Below are positions 1 to 11,313 of a stretch of DNA of 64,000 nucleotides, piece by piece (the stretch's first letter is position 1; each line of letters opens with the position of its first letter). The notes under the pieces are model-generated. The model did not search any database. It was not told the DNA's origin and worked only from the letters and a program-made list of their open reading frames with translations. Where the stretch lies: contig OZ242372.1 of assembly GCA_965209035.1 (NCBI GenBank), positions 1,472,001 to 1,536,000 on the forward strand. The letters are read 5' to 3'. The translations under genes and the position numbers were made by a program. Origin of the DNA: Gammaproteobacteria bacterium. GTDB lineage: Bacteria; Pseudomonadota; Gammaproteobacteria; CBDBNL01; JAAOII01.

Positions 1-1615
1 ATTGACATGGCGAATTTCAGTACTATGACCATCCCCAATCAGACCACCCGCGTCCTCGGCGTTCGGACTCATCACACTGCCACCCGTAACCGACAGGTTC
101 TCATAACGGGCATTCCTGCCATAGCCTGCCAGTGTGCCCACATCACCGGCACCGCCACTGACATTCGCATTCAGGAGATGCAGATTTTGGATGCCGCCGG
201 TTAAGGCGCCAAACAACCCCACTCCATTGACAGTGTTATTCGCAGAAATGAACAGATTGGCAAGAGTATAACCGCCGCCGTCAAAGATTCCCGTCCAAGA
301 GGTGCAAACATCTCGGGCGGAACAAGAGCCGATCGGCTGCCAGCCGCTGCCGCTGCGATCTGTCCAGGCATCCATATTAACGTTGCCTGTGTTATAGGAA
401 TCCGCATCGTTAAAATTCAACGAGCGAGTCAATTCATAACCCACACAGCCGCCGTCATCCGGGCCCGGACAGCCCTCAGTGCCCACAGAGGTGATCTCGT
501 CAATATTGCCATCATCCGTCCCATCGCCGTTCAGATCATCGCGCAGTAGGGCTAATTGATCCAAATTGTGAATTTCTATAAGGCTATTATTATTGTCATC
601 CACATCCTCCGCGTCGTCTATACCGTCATCATCATCATCTTCGTCACAGACATCACCGCCGTCCTTCGCACCGTCCGTGTTGGCTTGGTCCGCATTGTGA
701 TCCAACGGGCAGTTGTCCGCCGCCGTGGTTGCGTTTTCTACATCCGGAAAACCATCATCGTCATCGTCCGTATCTTCCGTCAAGGTCGATGTCGTGCAAC
801 CCGGAACAATACTATCCGGCTTGCTGTCATTATCCGTGTCGGTACTCGCACATACATCTTTCGGAAACGCATCCGTTTCATCCGGAACTTCATCATTGTC
901 ATCATCAGGATCACAGGCGTCACCGCCATCATCGGCATTGTCCGTATTGGTTTGATCCGAATTGGCAACCGACGGACAATTATCTTCCGTGTTCGGCTGA
1001 TCATCAAGATCCAGATCCGAGCCTATGCCTTGACCCGCTCCGGTTGTGCCGGACACAGAAGAGGACGTCACGGCATTGTTGTTGTTTTCATAAAGCACCG
1101 CGATCGTGATCCGGTAGGCGGTGTTATTGGTTAGATCCATAATGTTGTAGATGACTCGACTCTCAGGCTTCAGCAAATCAGCAACAGGGGTCCGCAGCCG
1201 CACATCGGCGGCACGCAGGATCATCATTTCCTTATCGCTCGCATCGGCGACATTGAACCAAGTAATATTGAACTCGGTGATATTTTCCTGATCCGGATTG
1301 GTCCAACCCACGAGAATATGATCCGCCCCGACCAGAGTCTGAATCTTGGAAACAGCGAGGAGATTAGAGGGGGGGGGGGGGGGGGGAGCTGTTGCCGCCA
1401 CCGCAACTTGCCAGGACCAAACCGAACAACCCCGTCAGCAGCAGACCGTAAAAACGAGTCGGTATGTGCATCCGTCGTGCCTTATTGGGTTCGGGAAAAG
1501 TCTTAAAAGCATTAAGAGTATTAAGGAAGCGTGCAGATACCGTGCCTCTTTGTTCGCGGCGCATTGCTATTGCCGGCCGCACAGGAAAAAAGTGTAACTT
1601 ATGCATTGTTTTCAT
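1..1615 (-). CDS. Surface lipoprotein paralog 1 (Fn3-like + TSP3-like Asp-rich repeats + GLUG repeats), frameshifted at a poly-C tract; runs off the window start
   Basis: The leader ORF 1615-1364 ends in lipobox LASC-GGG and then C18. Another frame continues SNLLAVSKIQTLVGADHILVGWTNPDQENITEFNITW, DNCPSVANSDQTNTD, GDACDPDDDND and GGLIGDG at base 1, matching the paralogs at 24892 and 28005. Confidence 0.85.
1369..1386. repeat. G18/C18 homopolymer tract inside lipoprotein paralog 1
   Basis: 18 consecutive G on the + strand; 17 or 20 would restore the reading frame. Confidence 0.9.
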
Positions 1616-1666
1616 TGTTTTCTGTCGTTGTTAATATTAATTTTTTTGAGACATCGCTCAACCATT

Positions 1667-1688
1667 ATTATAACCTCAATTTCCAAAA
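1667..1688 (-). promoter_or_regulatory. Putative promoter motif shared by the lipoprotein paralogs
   Basis: Minus strand TTTTGGAAATTGAGGTTATAAT matches TTTTGGAAATTAGATTATAAT (27929-27949) and TTCTGGAAGTTAGGTTATGAT (24807-24827); contains a TATAAT -10 box. Confidence 0.55.
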
Positions 1689-1785
1689 TGATGCAATGCA
1701 ATCAATGCAATGAGTTCAATTTAACTAAGCTAAGTAAGCAAGGGAAGTTTCCGAAGTTAATATGCATTGTCATATAATGGCAACT

Positions 1786-2526
1786 ATGAGAGAATTTGTG
1801 TCGGCAGAAGACAATAGCCGGATTGCCGGGGAATCCGCGAGCAAGGCCGCGGACAATGCGGGGCAAAAAGAAACGCTTAAGCATCAAAAAGCAGAAGCGG
1901 AAGCGGAAGCGGACAAGGTCGGCAAGCATAAGGACGCCGCATCGGATGGCAAAGAAAAAAAGCAAGGGGACGGAAAACCAACCGGGGCTATTCGGGGAAA
2001 TAAAGATGAGGCGGAATTGTCGGTTGCTTTGCAAAAGGAAAATGAGGAACTCTTAAAGGAGATGCAAAAAATGCAACATACCATTGACCTGGTGACTGGC
2101 GAGAAAAAGAAACTGAACGAAGATGTTCTGCTGCTGGTTGCCGAGATGCAAACCCTGCAAAGGCGCGCCGCCGCCGATGTGCAAAAGTCCCGGCTGGACG
2201 GTATCGCCGAGTTGGCACTTTCTTTGACAGAGACTTTGGATAATCTGGAGCGTGCCTTGAGCACGATGGACGCGGCAGGTGTGCCGCCTGCGGTGCGCGA
2301 AGGGGTGCGGCTGACTTACGATTCTCTTTTGAAGGTCCTCGGCACTTTTGAGGTGCAACGCATAGAGCCGCAGGGTGAGATGTTTGATCCGCAATATCAC
2401 GAGGCGATCGGGCGTGTTAAGACAGAAGATGTTGCGACCAATCGGGTGGCGGAGGTGGTGCAGACAGGGTACCGAATGGGGAATAACAGACTGATTCGTC
2501 CGGCACGGGTGCGGGTTGCGGAATAA
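1786..2526 (+). CDS. grpE: Nucleotide exchange factor GrpE
   Basis: LDNLERAL, FDPQYHEA and VVQTGY..LIRPARVRV motifs; long charged N-terminus; start uncertain (1762/1777/1786). Confidence 0.93.
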   Translation: MREFVSAEDNSRIAGESASKAADNAGQKETLKHQKAEAEAEADKVGKHKDAASDGKEKKQGDGKPTGAIRGNKDEAELSVALQKENEELLKEMQKMQHTIDLVTGEKKKLNEDVLLLVAEMQTLQRRAAADVQKSRLDGIAELALSLTETLDNLERALSTMDAAGVPPAVREGVRLTYDSLLKVLGTFEVQRIEPQGEMFDPQYHEAIGRVKTEDVATNRVAEVVQTGYRMGNNRLIRPARVRVAE

Positions 2527-2600
2527 GGGCGGAATAGATCACCGAATAACTTCCCGAATAAAAAAATAAGAGACCGTCTTTCGTTACAATAATCACAACG

Positions 2601-5189
2601 ATGAATACCAAACCGCAAAAAGAAACTGAAAAAGAAACTAAAACTGAGATTTTACTGAGTGAAACGGGCAACCGGCATCTGAAAGGCTTGCCCTTGAAGA
2701 TTTTTCTCGGCGGCTGTATTCTTTGGTCGTTGTTTCAACTTTGGTATGCTTCGCCCTTGCCGTTTGTGTTTAATATTGGCAAGTTCAACGATACGGAGGC
2801 ACGTGCCATCCATTTGGCATTTGCCATCTTTTTGGCATACACGGGGTTTGCTTTTGTGAGTTCTTGGCGTGACAAGAAAGTGCCTATCTTGGATTGGGTG
2901 TTGGGTATTGCCGGTGCCTGCTGTGCGCTATATATAGTGGTGTTTTATGCCGAATTGTCCGAGAGAGCGGGTGCGCCCACTCTCGCCGACAAGGTGACCG
3001 CTCTGATTGGGTTGTTGGTGATGTTGGAAGCGGCAAGAAGGTCCTTGGGGCCGGTTCTTGTGATCATTGCCGTTGTGTTTCTAACCTATGCGATTGCCGG
3101 CCCTTATATGCCGGCGATCATAGCGCACAAAGGAGCGAGTCTGAACAAACTTCTGTCGCATCAGTGGCTGACAACCGAAGGGGTGTTTGGTGTTGCTCTC
3201 GGAGTTTCCACCGGTTTCGTTTTTATGTTTGTTTTGTTTGGAACCCTGATGGAGCGTGCCGGTGCGGGCAATTACTTTATTAAGTTGGCATTTTCTTTGT
3301 TGGGACCCATGCGGGGAGGACCCGCCAAGGCGGCTGTGGTTGCTTCCGGCTTGAGCGGTATCATTTCCGGTTCCTCTATCGCCAATGTGGTGACCACCGG
3401 CAATTTTACGATTCCCGTGATGAAGAAACTGGGTTTTCCGCCGCACAAAGCGGGGGCGGTGGAGGTGGCGGCTTCCACCAACGGGCAGCTGACGCCGCCG
3501 ATTATGGGCGCGGCCGCTTTTTTGATGGTGGAGTATGTCGGCATCCCTTACATTGAAGTCATCCAACACGCCATCCTGCCGGCGTTGATTTCCTACATTG
3601 CTCTTGTTTACATCGTCCATCTGGAAGCGGTTAAGGCCGACCTGAAAGGGTTACCGCGGCGCGAGCCCTTGCGGGTTGTTCGTTTTTTGAGCGGACTTTG
3701 TTTGACCGTGGTTTCGTTTGGTGTTCTGAGTTTGATTGTTTACTATGGGATTGGCAGCCTAAAAATAATCATGCCAAACTCGGCAAGTTATGTTGTCGGC
3801 TTTGGATTGGTTGTCGCTTATGTGGGCTTGGTTTGGTATGCTTCCCGGTTTCCGCCGCTGGAAGACGACAAAACCGGCGCGGATGCTTTTCGCGAGGCAC
3901 CGCCGCCGGGCCCGACCTTTAAGGCGGGCATGTACTTTCTTTTACCGGTCGTTGTGTTAATCTGGTATCTGGCGGTGGAGAAATTTTCGCCGGGCTTGTC
4001 CGTTTTTTACGGTCTGTGTTTTATGTTGTTCATTTTGTTGACGCATCGGCCGCTGATGGCATGGATGCGCGGCGTTCGGGATCTTAAACCGTATATGCGG
4101 CACACTTGGGAGGATCTGGTGCAAGGGATGATCATGGGAGCGCGCAACATGATTGGCATAGGAGTTGCCACCGCCACGGCCGGGGTCATCGTAGGGACTG
4201 TAACTCTGACCGGCATAGGAGATGTTTTGATTGAGTTGGTGGAGTATATTTCTGGCGGAAGTTTGATTTTAATTCTCCTCCTGACCGCGTTTACTTGCCT
4301 GGTGTTGGGTATGGGCTTGCCGACAACCGCAAACTACATCGTCGTTTCGGCACTGATGGCGCCGGTGATCGTGGAACTGGGAGCGCAGAATGATCTGGTT
4401 GTTCCTTTGATTGCGGTGCATATGTTCGTGTTTTACTTTGGTATTCTTGCCGACGATACGCCGCCGGTCGGTCTTGCCGCTTTCGCCGCATCCGCCATTG
4501 CGCGCAGCAGTCCAATTCGCACCGGGGTTCAAGGATTTATTTATGATATTCGTACCGCAATATTGCCTTTTATGTTTTTGTTTAACACCGAACTTCTTCT
4601 GATTAATGTGGACGGTGTTTGGAATCTGTTGCTCATCGTTTGCTCGGCGACCCTGGCGATGCTGGTCTTTGCTGCCGCCACCCAGGGACACTGGTTGGCA
4701 AAAAGTAAATGGTGGGAAACGATTGCTCTTTTATTGGTTACCTTTACGCTGTTTCGTCCGGGTTATTGGATGGACATGATATCGCACCCTTACGAGTATC
4801 GTCCCGGCGGCGAGATTCGGCAACTGGTGGACGAATACCATGTAAAAAATGACCTGCGTATCAAGGTGCGCGGCAAAAGTTTGGCGGGGGACCCCATAGA
4901 AAAAACGGTGTTGCTCAACCTGCCCAATGCGGGAAGCGCCGAGGAGCGGTTGGAATCGGTCGGCTTGTCTCTCAACCTGGCGGGCGATTTGCCTGCCATC
5001 GGCTTGGTGGATTTTGGCACACCCGCCTCCAAAGCGGGTATAGACTATGGCTGGGAAATTGTCAATGTGCAACTGAAACGCGAACGCAGCCCGAATTCGC
5101 TTTTTTACATTCCGGCTTTGATTTTGTTGGGCTTGGTTGCTCTTAACCAGCGCAGGCGACAAAAGGGCAAGATAGTCACAGCGACATAA
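2601..5189 (+). CDS. TRAP transporter fused 4TM/12TM permease (TAXI-type) with C-terminal DUF3394-like domain
   Basis: GGPAKAAVV, SGSSIANVVTTG, GQLTPPIMGAAAF, GMGLPTTANY and DDTPPVGLA motifs; many TM segments. Confidence 0.92.
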   Translation: MNTKPQKETEKETKTEILLSETGNRHLKGLPLKIFLGGCILWSLFQLWYASPLPFVFNIGKFNDTEARAIHLAFAIFLAYTGFAFVSSWRDKKVPILDWVLGIAGACCALYIVVFYAELSERAGAPTLADKVTALIGLLVMLEAARRSLGPVLVIIAVVFLTYAIAGPYMPAIIAHKGASLNKLLSHQWLTTEGVFGVALGVSTGFVFMFVLFGTLMERAGAGNYFIKLAFSLLGPMRGGPAKAAVVASGLSGIISGSSIANVVTTGNFTIPVMKKLGFPPHKAGAVEVAASTNGQLTPPIMGAAAFLMVEYVGIPYIEVIQHAILPALISYIALVYIVHLEAVKADLKGLPRREPLRVVRFLSGLCLTVVSFGVLSLIVYYGIGSLKIIMPNSASYVVGFGLVVAYVGLVWYASRFPPLEDDKTGADAFREAPPPGPTFKAGMYFLLPVVVLIWYLAVEKFSPGLSVFYGLCFMLFILLTHRPLMAWMRGVRDLKPYMRHTWEDLVQGMIMGARNMIGIGVATATAGVIVGTVTLTGIGDVLIELVEYISGGSLILILLLTAFTCLVLGMGLPTTANYIVVSALMAPVIVELGAQNDLVVPLIAVHMFVFYFGILADDTPPVGLAAFAASAIARSSPIRTGVQGFIYDIRTAILPFMFLFNTELLLINVDGVWNLLLIVCSATLAMLVFAAATQGHWLAKSKWWETIALLLVTFTLFRPGYWMDMISHPYEYRPGGEIRQLVDEYHVKNDLRIKVRGKSLAGDPIEKTVLLNLPNAGSAEERLESVGLSLNLAGDLPAIGLVDFGTPASKAGIDYGWEIVNVQLKRERSPNSLFYIPALILLGLVALNQRRRQKGKIVTAT

Positions 5190-5349
5190 CCCGAGTTTTG
5201 GACAGCCGGCACCTCCCGGCGGTTGGAAAAAAGTTGAGGCTGTGTTACTGTGTTATAATAAAAGTATGGAGTTACTTTGTAAAAAGCTGTTATCCCAGTT
5301 GTTTATGTATCTTACATACTTTACTATCATTTATTAATCAAAAAAAACC

Positions 5350-5598
5350 ATGAATACGGAAATTCTGATGATGCTGCTCGGTTGGAGTGCGTTGGTGAAC
5401 TATGGTATCTTGTTGGTCTGGCTGCTGATGCTTGTTTTGGCACGGGATTGGGTTCGCGTGCTGCATTCAAAAATAATGGGCCTGGACATGTCCTCGGAAG
5501 AGTTTGGCAGGATGCACTATTTGTTGATGGCGCAGTTCAAGATAATGGTTATCATTTTTAACCTGGTGCCGTTTTTGGTACTTCTGGCAACTACTTAG
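5350..5598 (+). CDS. Small membrane protein (DUF6868-like)
   Basis: 82 aa with two hydrophobic helices; LGWSALVNYGILLVW and FKIMVIIFNLVPFL pattern. Confidence 0.7.
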   Translation: MNTEILMMLLGWSALVNYGILLVWLLMLVLARDWVRVLHSKIMGLDMSSEEFGRMHYLLMAQFKIMVIIFNLVPFLVLLATT

Positions 5599-5671
5599 TT
5601 AGTTCTTAGTTTACCGGTGAGCGAACGGGCGGTGATCGCATCGCTTGTATCGCATCGCTGATTAATATTAA

Positions 5672-6718
<1,047 letters not shown>

Positions 6719-6720
6719 CC

Positions 6721-8214
6721 ATGCGTGCCATTTGGCAAGGTTTTTCCATTTACGCGGATCGGCGGATGCCGCGTATCTTTTTGCTGGGCCTGATGCAAGG
6801 GTTCCCTTGGATTCTCATAGGGGCTGCCTTGAGTCTTTGGTTGCGCGAAGAAGGACTTTCCCGTTCCGATATCGGCTTGTTCGGCCTCGTGTTTTCCGTA
6901 TACAGTATCAATTTTCTTTGGGCGCCGCTGCTGGACAGAATCCGGTTGCCGTTTCTGAGCCGACGCTTCGGGCAGAGACGATCCTGGATACTGTTGATGC
7001 AAGTCATTATTATTGCCGCCATGGCCGGTCTGTTTGTTGCCGACCCGCAGCAGAGTCTGTATTGGATTGCGTTGATGGCTCTGACAATCTCCGTTTCTTC
7101 GGCAACACAGGATATCGCGCTGGATGCCTTGCGTATAGATCTGATACGCGAACAAGAGGCGGATCGGATGACGGCCGCCGCCGCCTTGATGGTTGCCGGC
7201 TGGTGGACGGCGTTTAAGTTGGGCGGAGGACTGGCTCTTTATCTTGCCGCGTTTTATCAGCAAGCGGGCATTGCGAACTACTGGCAACTTGCGTATGTTT
7301 CGTTGATTTTACCGCTATTGGTTTTCAACGGCATCCTTCTGTGGGGGAAAGGCGATACGGCCGCCGATCACAAGAGGCGTCTGGATCAGGCATCCTATGA
7401 CAGTTCGCATGCAAGGTTACTGGAAAATGCGGGAATCGGTTGGAAGTTTCTGCAAAGAATTCTTGCTTGGCTGCTGGGCACTCTGGTCTCTCCGCTTTGG
7501 AGTTTCTTTCGCCGTAACGGTGTTGGCATCGCCTTTGCGTTGCTTGCTTTTATTATGCTTTTTAAGGTTGGCGAGGCATTTCTCGGACGAATGTCTATTA
7601 TTTTTTATGCGGACATTGGCTTTAGTAAGGAAGAGATTGCCAAGTACAGCAAAATTATTGGCTGGGTGGCGACCATTGTATTTTCCCTTCTTGGCGGTGT
7701 CATCAATGCCCGTCTCGGCTTGATTACCGCCGTATTTGTCAGCGGATTTGCGATGGCGGCCACCAATTTGTTGTTTTCGCTAATGGCGCTTGTGGGACCG
7801 GAAGCCTGGCTGTTTGTCATTGCGGTGATTGCCGATGACTTTACTTCCGCAGTTTCCACTGTGACCTTTGTTGCGTTTATTTCGCAGTTGTGCGACAAAA
7901 CTTTTTCCGCCACCCAATACGCGCTCATGGCATCACTGGGCACCTTTGCGCGCAATACTTTGGCATCTTTTAGCGGGTTTATGACGGACGGGTTGGAACG
8001 CTGGACTGTGGCGGGGGATTTGACTATTTTCGGCGCGAGTCCGGCAAATACCGCATGGGCAATATTTTTTGTGATTACGACTTTAATGGTGTTGCCGGGT
8101 TTGGGATTGCTGTGGCTGATATCCGCTCGTCTTAAAGGAGTTTTTGAAAGGGCGATGTTCTCCAACCAAAAAGATTTTACCAAGGAGGATATTTCCAAGG
8201 AGGATATTTCCTAA
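6721..8214 (+). CDS. ampG: AmpG-family muropeptide MFS permease
   Basis: NFLWAPLLD, GQRRSW, SATQDIALDA and ATQYAL motifs. Confidence 0.88.
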   Translation: MRAIWQGFSIYADRRMPRIFLLGLMQGFPWILIGAALSLWLREEGLSRSDIGLFGLVFSVYSINFLWAPLLDRIRLPFLSRRFGQRRSWILLMQVIIIAAMAGLFVADPQQSLYWIALMALTISVSSATQDIALDALRIDLIREQEADRMTAAAALMVAGWWTAFKLGGGLALYLAAFYQQAGIANYWQLAYVSLILPLLVFNGILLWGKGDTAADHKRRLDQASYDSSHARLLENAGIGWKFLQRILAWLLGTLVSPLWSFFRRNGVGIAFALLAFIMLFKVGEAFLGRMSIIFYADIGFSKEEIAKYSKIIGWVATIVFSLLGGVINARLGLITAVFVSGFAMAATNLLFSLMALVGPEAWLFVIAVIADDFTSAVSTVTFVAFISQLCDKTFSATQYALMASLGTFARNTLASFSGFMTDGLERWTVAGDLTIFGASPANTAWAIFFVITTLMVLPGLGLLWLISARLKGVFERAMFSNQKDFTKEDISKEDIS

Positions 8215-8255
8215 AAACAACAATCGCGTGGCACGGCGGCGAGTGACGGCAAGGT

Positions 8256-9212
8256 TTGGGAATGCATAAGCATAGGCATAGGTTGTTTGAACCGACGGAA
8301 ACCGTCGGCGGAAACATTGCCGCTCGCTCGCCCGCCAAGTTAAATCTTTTTCTGCACATCCTCGGTAAGCGGGCGGATAATTATCATAATCTGCAGACTT
8401 TTTTTTTGTTCGCGGATTGGTATGATTATTTGTCGCTGCGGGAGGCCGAAGGCGACACGGACGAAATACGGGCAAGCGGGGTGTTTGCGGGTGATCTTCC
8501 CGCCGCCAATTCTCCCAATCATTTGTTGCGGCGTGTGTTTGCATTGGTGCGTCGCGAATCGGGTAGGCAATTTCCGCCTCTTCGCGCGGCGGTGCAAAAA
8601 AACATACCGGTTGCGGCCGGATTGGGCGGCGGCAGCGGCAATGCCGCATGCCTGTTATTTTTACTGAATCTGTTTTTGCGGCTTGGTATGACCGGGGATG
8701 ATCTGCTGCGATTGGCGGCCAAATTGGGCTCCGATGTGCCGGCGTTTGTCGGCGGTGAGCATGCGCTTGCAGAAGGGCGCGGTGAAATTCTGATGCCCGC
8801 GGATACGGCGAAAGATCCTATCGGAGAGCTGCACTATCTTTTGATTTGCCCGCGTCTTGAATGCTCCACCGCGAGACTCTTTTCACAGGTTACATCGGAT
8901 GACTATGTTGAACGCATCGAACTGTATGCGGAAAACATCCGTCCGCATTTTTGGCTGGGGGCTTCTTACCAAAATTCTTTTCTGCGTATTCTTTTGCGGT
9001 CTTCGGCGGAGTTTCGTCTGGTGCACTCGCTGGTTTGTGCGGGTACTCCCGGTAAGCTCGGCGGGCGAGTTTTTTTGAGCGGCAGCGGCAGCTCTCTTTT
9101 TGTTGTGTACAAGGATACACTTAAACTCAAAGCGGACGAGGTTCTTCTAAGGAATCATCTTACAAAATCATCTCCCTTAAAGTGCGTCATTAAATCTTGC
9201 CGCCCGATTTAG
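8256..9212 (+). CDS. ispE: 4-diphosphocytidyl-2-C-methyl-D-erythritol kinase
   Basis: SPAKLNLFLHI, KNIPVAAGLGGGSGNAA, LGSDVP and LSGSGS; followed by tRNA-Gln as is usual in proteobacteria. Confidence 0.93.
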   Translation: MGMHKHRHRLFEPTETVGGNIAARSPAKLNLFLHILGKRADNYHNLQTFFLFADWYDYLSLREAEGDTDEIRASGVFAGDLPAANSPNHLLRRVFALVRRESGRQFPPLRAAVQKNIPVAAGLGGGSGNAACLLFLLNLFLRLGMTGDDLLRLAAKLGSDVPAFVGGEHALAEGRGEILMPADTAKDPIGELHYLLICPRLECSTARLFSQVTSDDYVERIELYAENIRPHFWLGASYQNSFLRILLRSSAEFRLVHSLVCAGTPGKLGGRVFLSGSGSSLFVVYKDTLKLKADEVLLRNHLTKSSPLKCVIKSCRPI

Positions 9213-9359
9213 AACCGAAACGAATTGATTATTCTTGGCAGAAGATTGCCCCGAATTTTTGGCAATGAACGGATAACATTCCGGCGGATCCGCGCACACC
9301 GGCAGCGTCTTGTTTTATAATATTTTTGTCTCTGCTTGTATAAATGGGCGGGCAACCAT

Positions 9360-9431
9360 TGGGGTGTAGCCAAGCGGTAAGGCATCGGGTTTTGATCCCG
9401 TGATTCGTAGGTTCGAATCCTACCACCCCAG
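9360..9431 (+). tRNA. tRNA-Gln (TTG); CCA end not encoded
   Basis: TGGGGTG/CACCCCA acceptor stem, AGCCAAGCGGTAAGGC D arm, TTTTGAT anticodon loop, GGTTCGAATCC T arm. Confidence 0.96.
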
Positions 9432-9534
9432 TCTTTGTTATGTTTGCCGTCTTATCGGCTCGACTTTCGAGTACGAAAAATTTTGTTTGTTTGGACGCCG
9501 CTTTGGGTACAACCGGTCTGGTTATAATAGATTT

Positions 9535-11112
9535 ATGAAAGGCAATATTCCGGAGGGCATGTTAGGAAAACTTTCCGCTACCATATTGGGTAAACAATAT
9601 GTTTTTGCCCGCGCCAACTACAACCTGTCCGCGGAGGTTTTAACGCGGCGGATGTTACAACGCAACGAGGCTGTTCTTAATAACACGGGTGTTCCGGTTT
9701 GCCGTACCGGCAAGTTCACCGGCAGGGCGCCGAAGGACCGATTCATCGTTGACGATGCCTTAACGCACGCAAGCGTGGACTGGGGTAACATTAATTTTGC
9801 CTATCCTGCCGATTCGTTTAATCCTTTGGCGGACAGGTTGGCAAACACATTGACGGGGAAGGAAGTTTTTGTGCGCGATGTGTATGCCTGTGCGCAGCCG
9901 AGTTACAGGCTGCGCGTGCGTCTTATTTCCTCGGTTGCCTATCACAGTTTGTTTGTTCGCAATATGTTTATTCCGGTCCCGCAAGAGGAACTTAAAGAAT
10001 TTGCACCGGATTGGACAATTCTTGCGGATCCGCATTTTAAGGCACATCCCGAAATGGAAAAAACCAACTCGGAAAATTTCGTCGTTCTGAATATGGATAA
10101 AAAAGTGGTCTGTGTCGGCGGCACAGGTTACACGGGCGAATTAAAAAAGAGCATCTTTTCGGTTTTGAATTACCTGTTGCCGGTTAACCACAACATATTG
10201 ACAATGCATTGCAGTGCGAATATAACGCAAGGAGGCCCCACTGCGTTGTTTTTTGGCTTATCCGGGACGGGCAAGACCACACTTTCTTCGGATCCGGGGC
10301 GTCCTCTCATTGGAGACGACGAACATGGCTGGGACGATGAGGGTGTGTTTAACTTGGAAGGAGGCTGCTATGCCAAGGTGATTAATCTTTCCAAGAAAAA
10401 AGAGCCGTTGATTTGGGATGCCATTAAGCCTTACGCTTTGTTGGAAAACACCGTCCAGAATCCGAAGACCGGAGAAACGGATTATGCGGACAGAAGCATT
10501 ACCGAAAATACGCGGGTTTCTTATCCGCTGTCGCACATAAGCGGCGCTTTTGAGGGGGGACGGGCGCCGCATCCGAGTGATGTCTTCTTTTTGAGTTGTG
10601 ATGCGTTTGGTATCTTGCCGCCTTTGGCGCTGCTAAATCCCGCACAGGCCGCGTTTTATTTTTTGTGCGGCTATACGGCAAAAATTGCCGGCACCGAGCA
10701 AGGGATCACGGAACCGGTAATCGCTTTTTCGCCCTGTTTTGGCGCACCCTTTCTGCCTTTACCGCATCGGGTTTATGCGGAAATGTTCAAAAAGAAGATC
10801 GCCCGGCACAAAGCACGGGTTTGGCTGGTCAATACGGGCTGGATTCGCGGTCCTTACGGTCAGGGGGAGAGGATTTCACTCGCGTGGACGCGTGCCCTGT
10901 TGCATGCCGCGTTGGAAGGTCGGTTATCCGCGGAAAATATGAAAAGGCATTCTATATTGGATATTGCCGTTCCCGTATCCTGTCCGGGAGTTCCCGATGA
11001 GATTTTGAGCCCGAACGGAAGTTGGGAGGACGCGGCTGCTTATGCTGTCAAGGCGCGCGAACTAAAACAAAGATTTGTCCAACAAATCAACGGCAAACCG
11101 ACTCTGACCTGA
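9535..11112 (+). CDS. pckA: Phosphoenolpyruvate carboxykinase (ATP)
   Basis: TGRAPKDRF, MHCSAN, FFGLSGTGKTTLS, LIGDDEHGW and EGGCYAK; ATG at 9535 preferred over 9400, which overlaps the tRNA. Confidence 0.96.
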   Translation: MKGNIPEGMLGKLSATILGKQYVFARANYNLSAEVLTRRMLQRNEAVLNNTGVPVCRTGKFTGRAPKDRFIVDDALTHASVDWGNINFAYPADSFNPLADRLANTLTGKEVFVRDVYACAQPSYRLRVRLISSVAYHSLFVRNMFIPVPQEELKEFAPDWTILADPHFKAHPEMEKTNSENFVVLNMDKKVVCVGGTGYTGELKKSIFSVLNYLLPVNHNILTMHCSANITQGGPTALFFGLSGTGKTTLSSDPGRPLIGDDEHGWDDEGVFNLEGGCYAKVINLSKKKEPLIWDAIKPYALLENTVQNPKTGETDYADRSITENTRVSYPLSHISGAFEGGRAPHPSDVFFLSCDAFGILPPLALLNPAQAAFYFLCGYTAKIAGTEQGITEPVIAFSPCFGAPFLPLPHRVYAEMFKKKIARHKARVWLVNTGWIRGPYGQGERISLAWTRALLHAALEGRLSAENMKRHSILDIAVPVSCPGVPDEILSPNGSWEDAAAYAVKARELKQRFVQQINGKPTLT

Positions 11113-11313
11113 AAAAAGAGGTTTTATTGTGCCGGTCGGCAACAAAAACTAAGAGGCTTATTTGCCCCGCCCCGTCCCGCCGTTTATATCGGCATTCTTT
11201 AAAAAGTTTTAAATTCTTTTCGCTTTTTACTTTGTGCTTTTTGCTTTGTGCTGTGTATAAGCATCTTGTTGGCCGCCGGCCTAAGCGGGTCCCGGTGTAT
11301 CACCCGGCAATCA

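Noticed and set aside
9400-9534. N-terminal extension of PckA in the ORF track
   Set aside because: Overlaps the tRNA-Gln gene; the ATG at 9535, which follows a TATAAT, is the more plausible start
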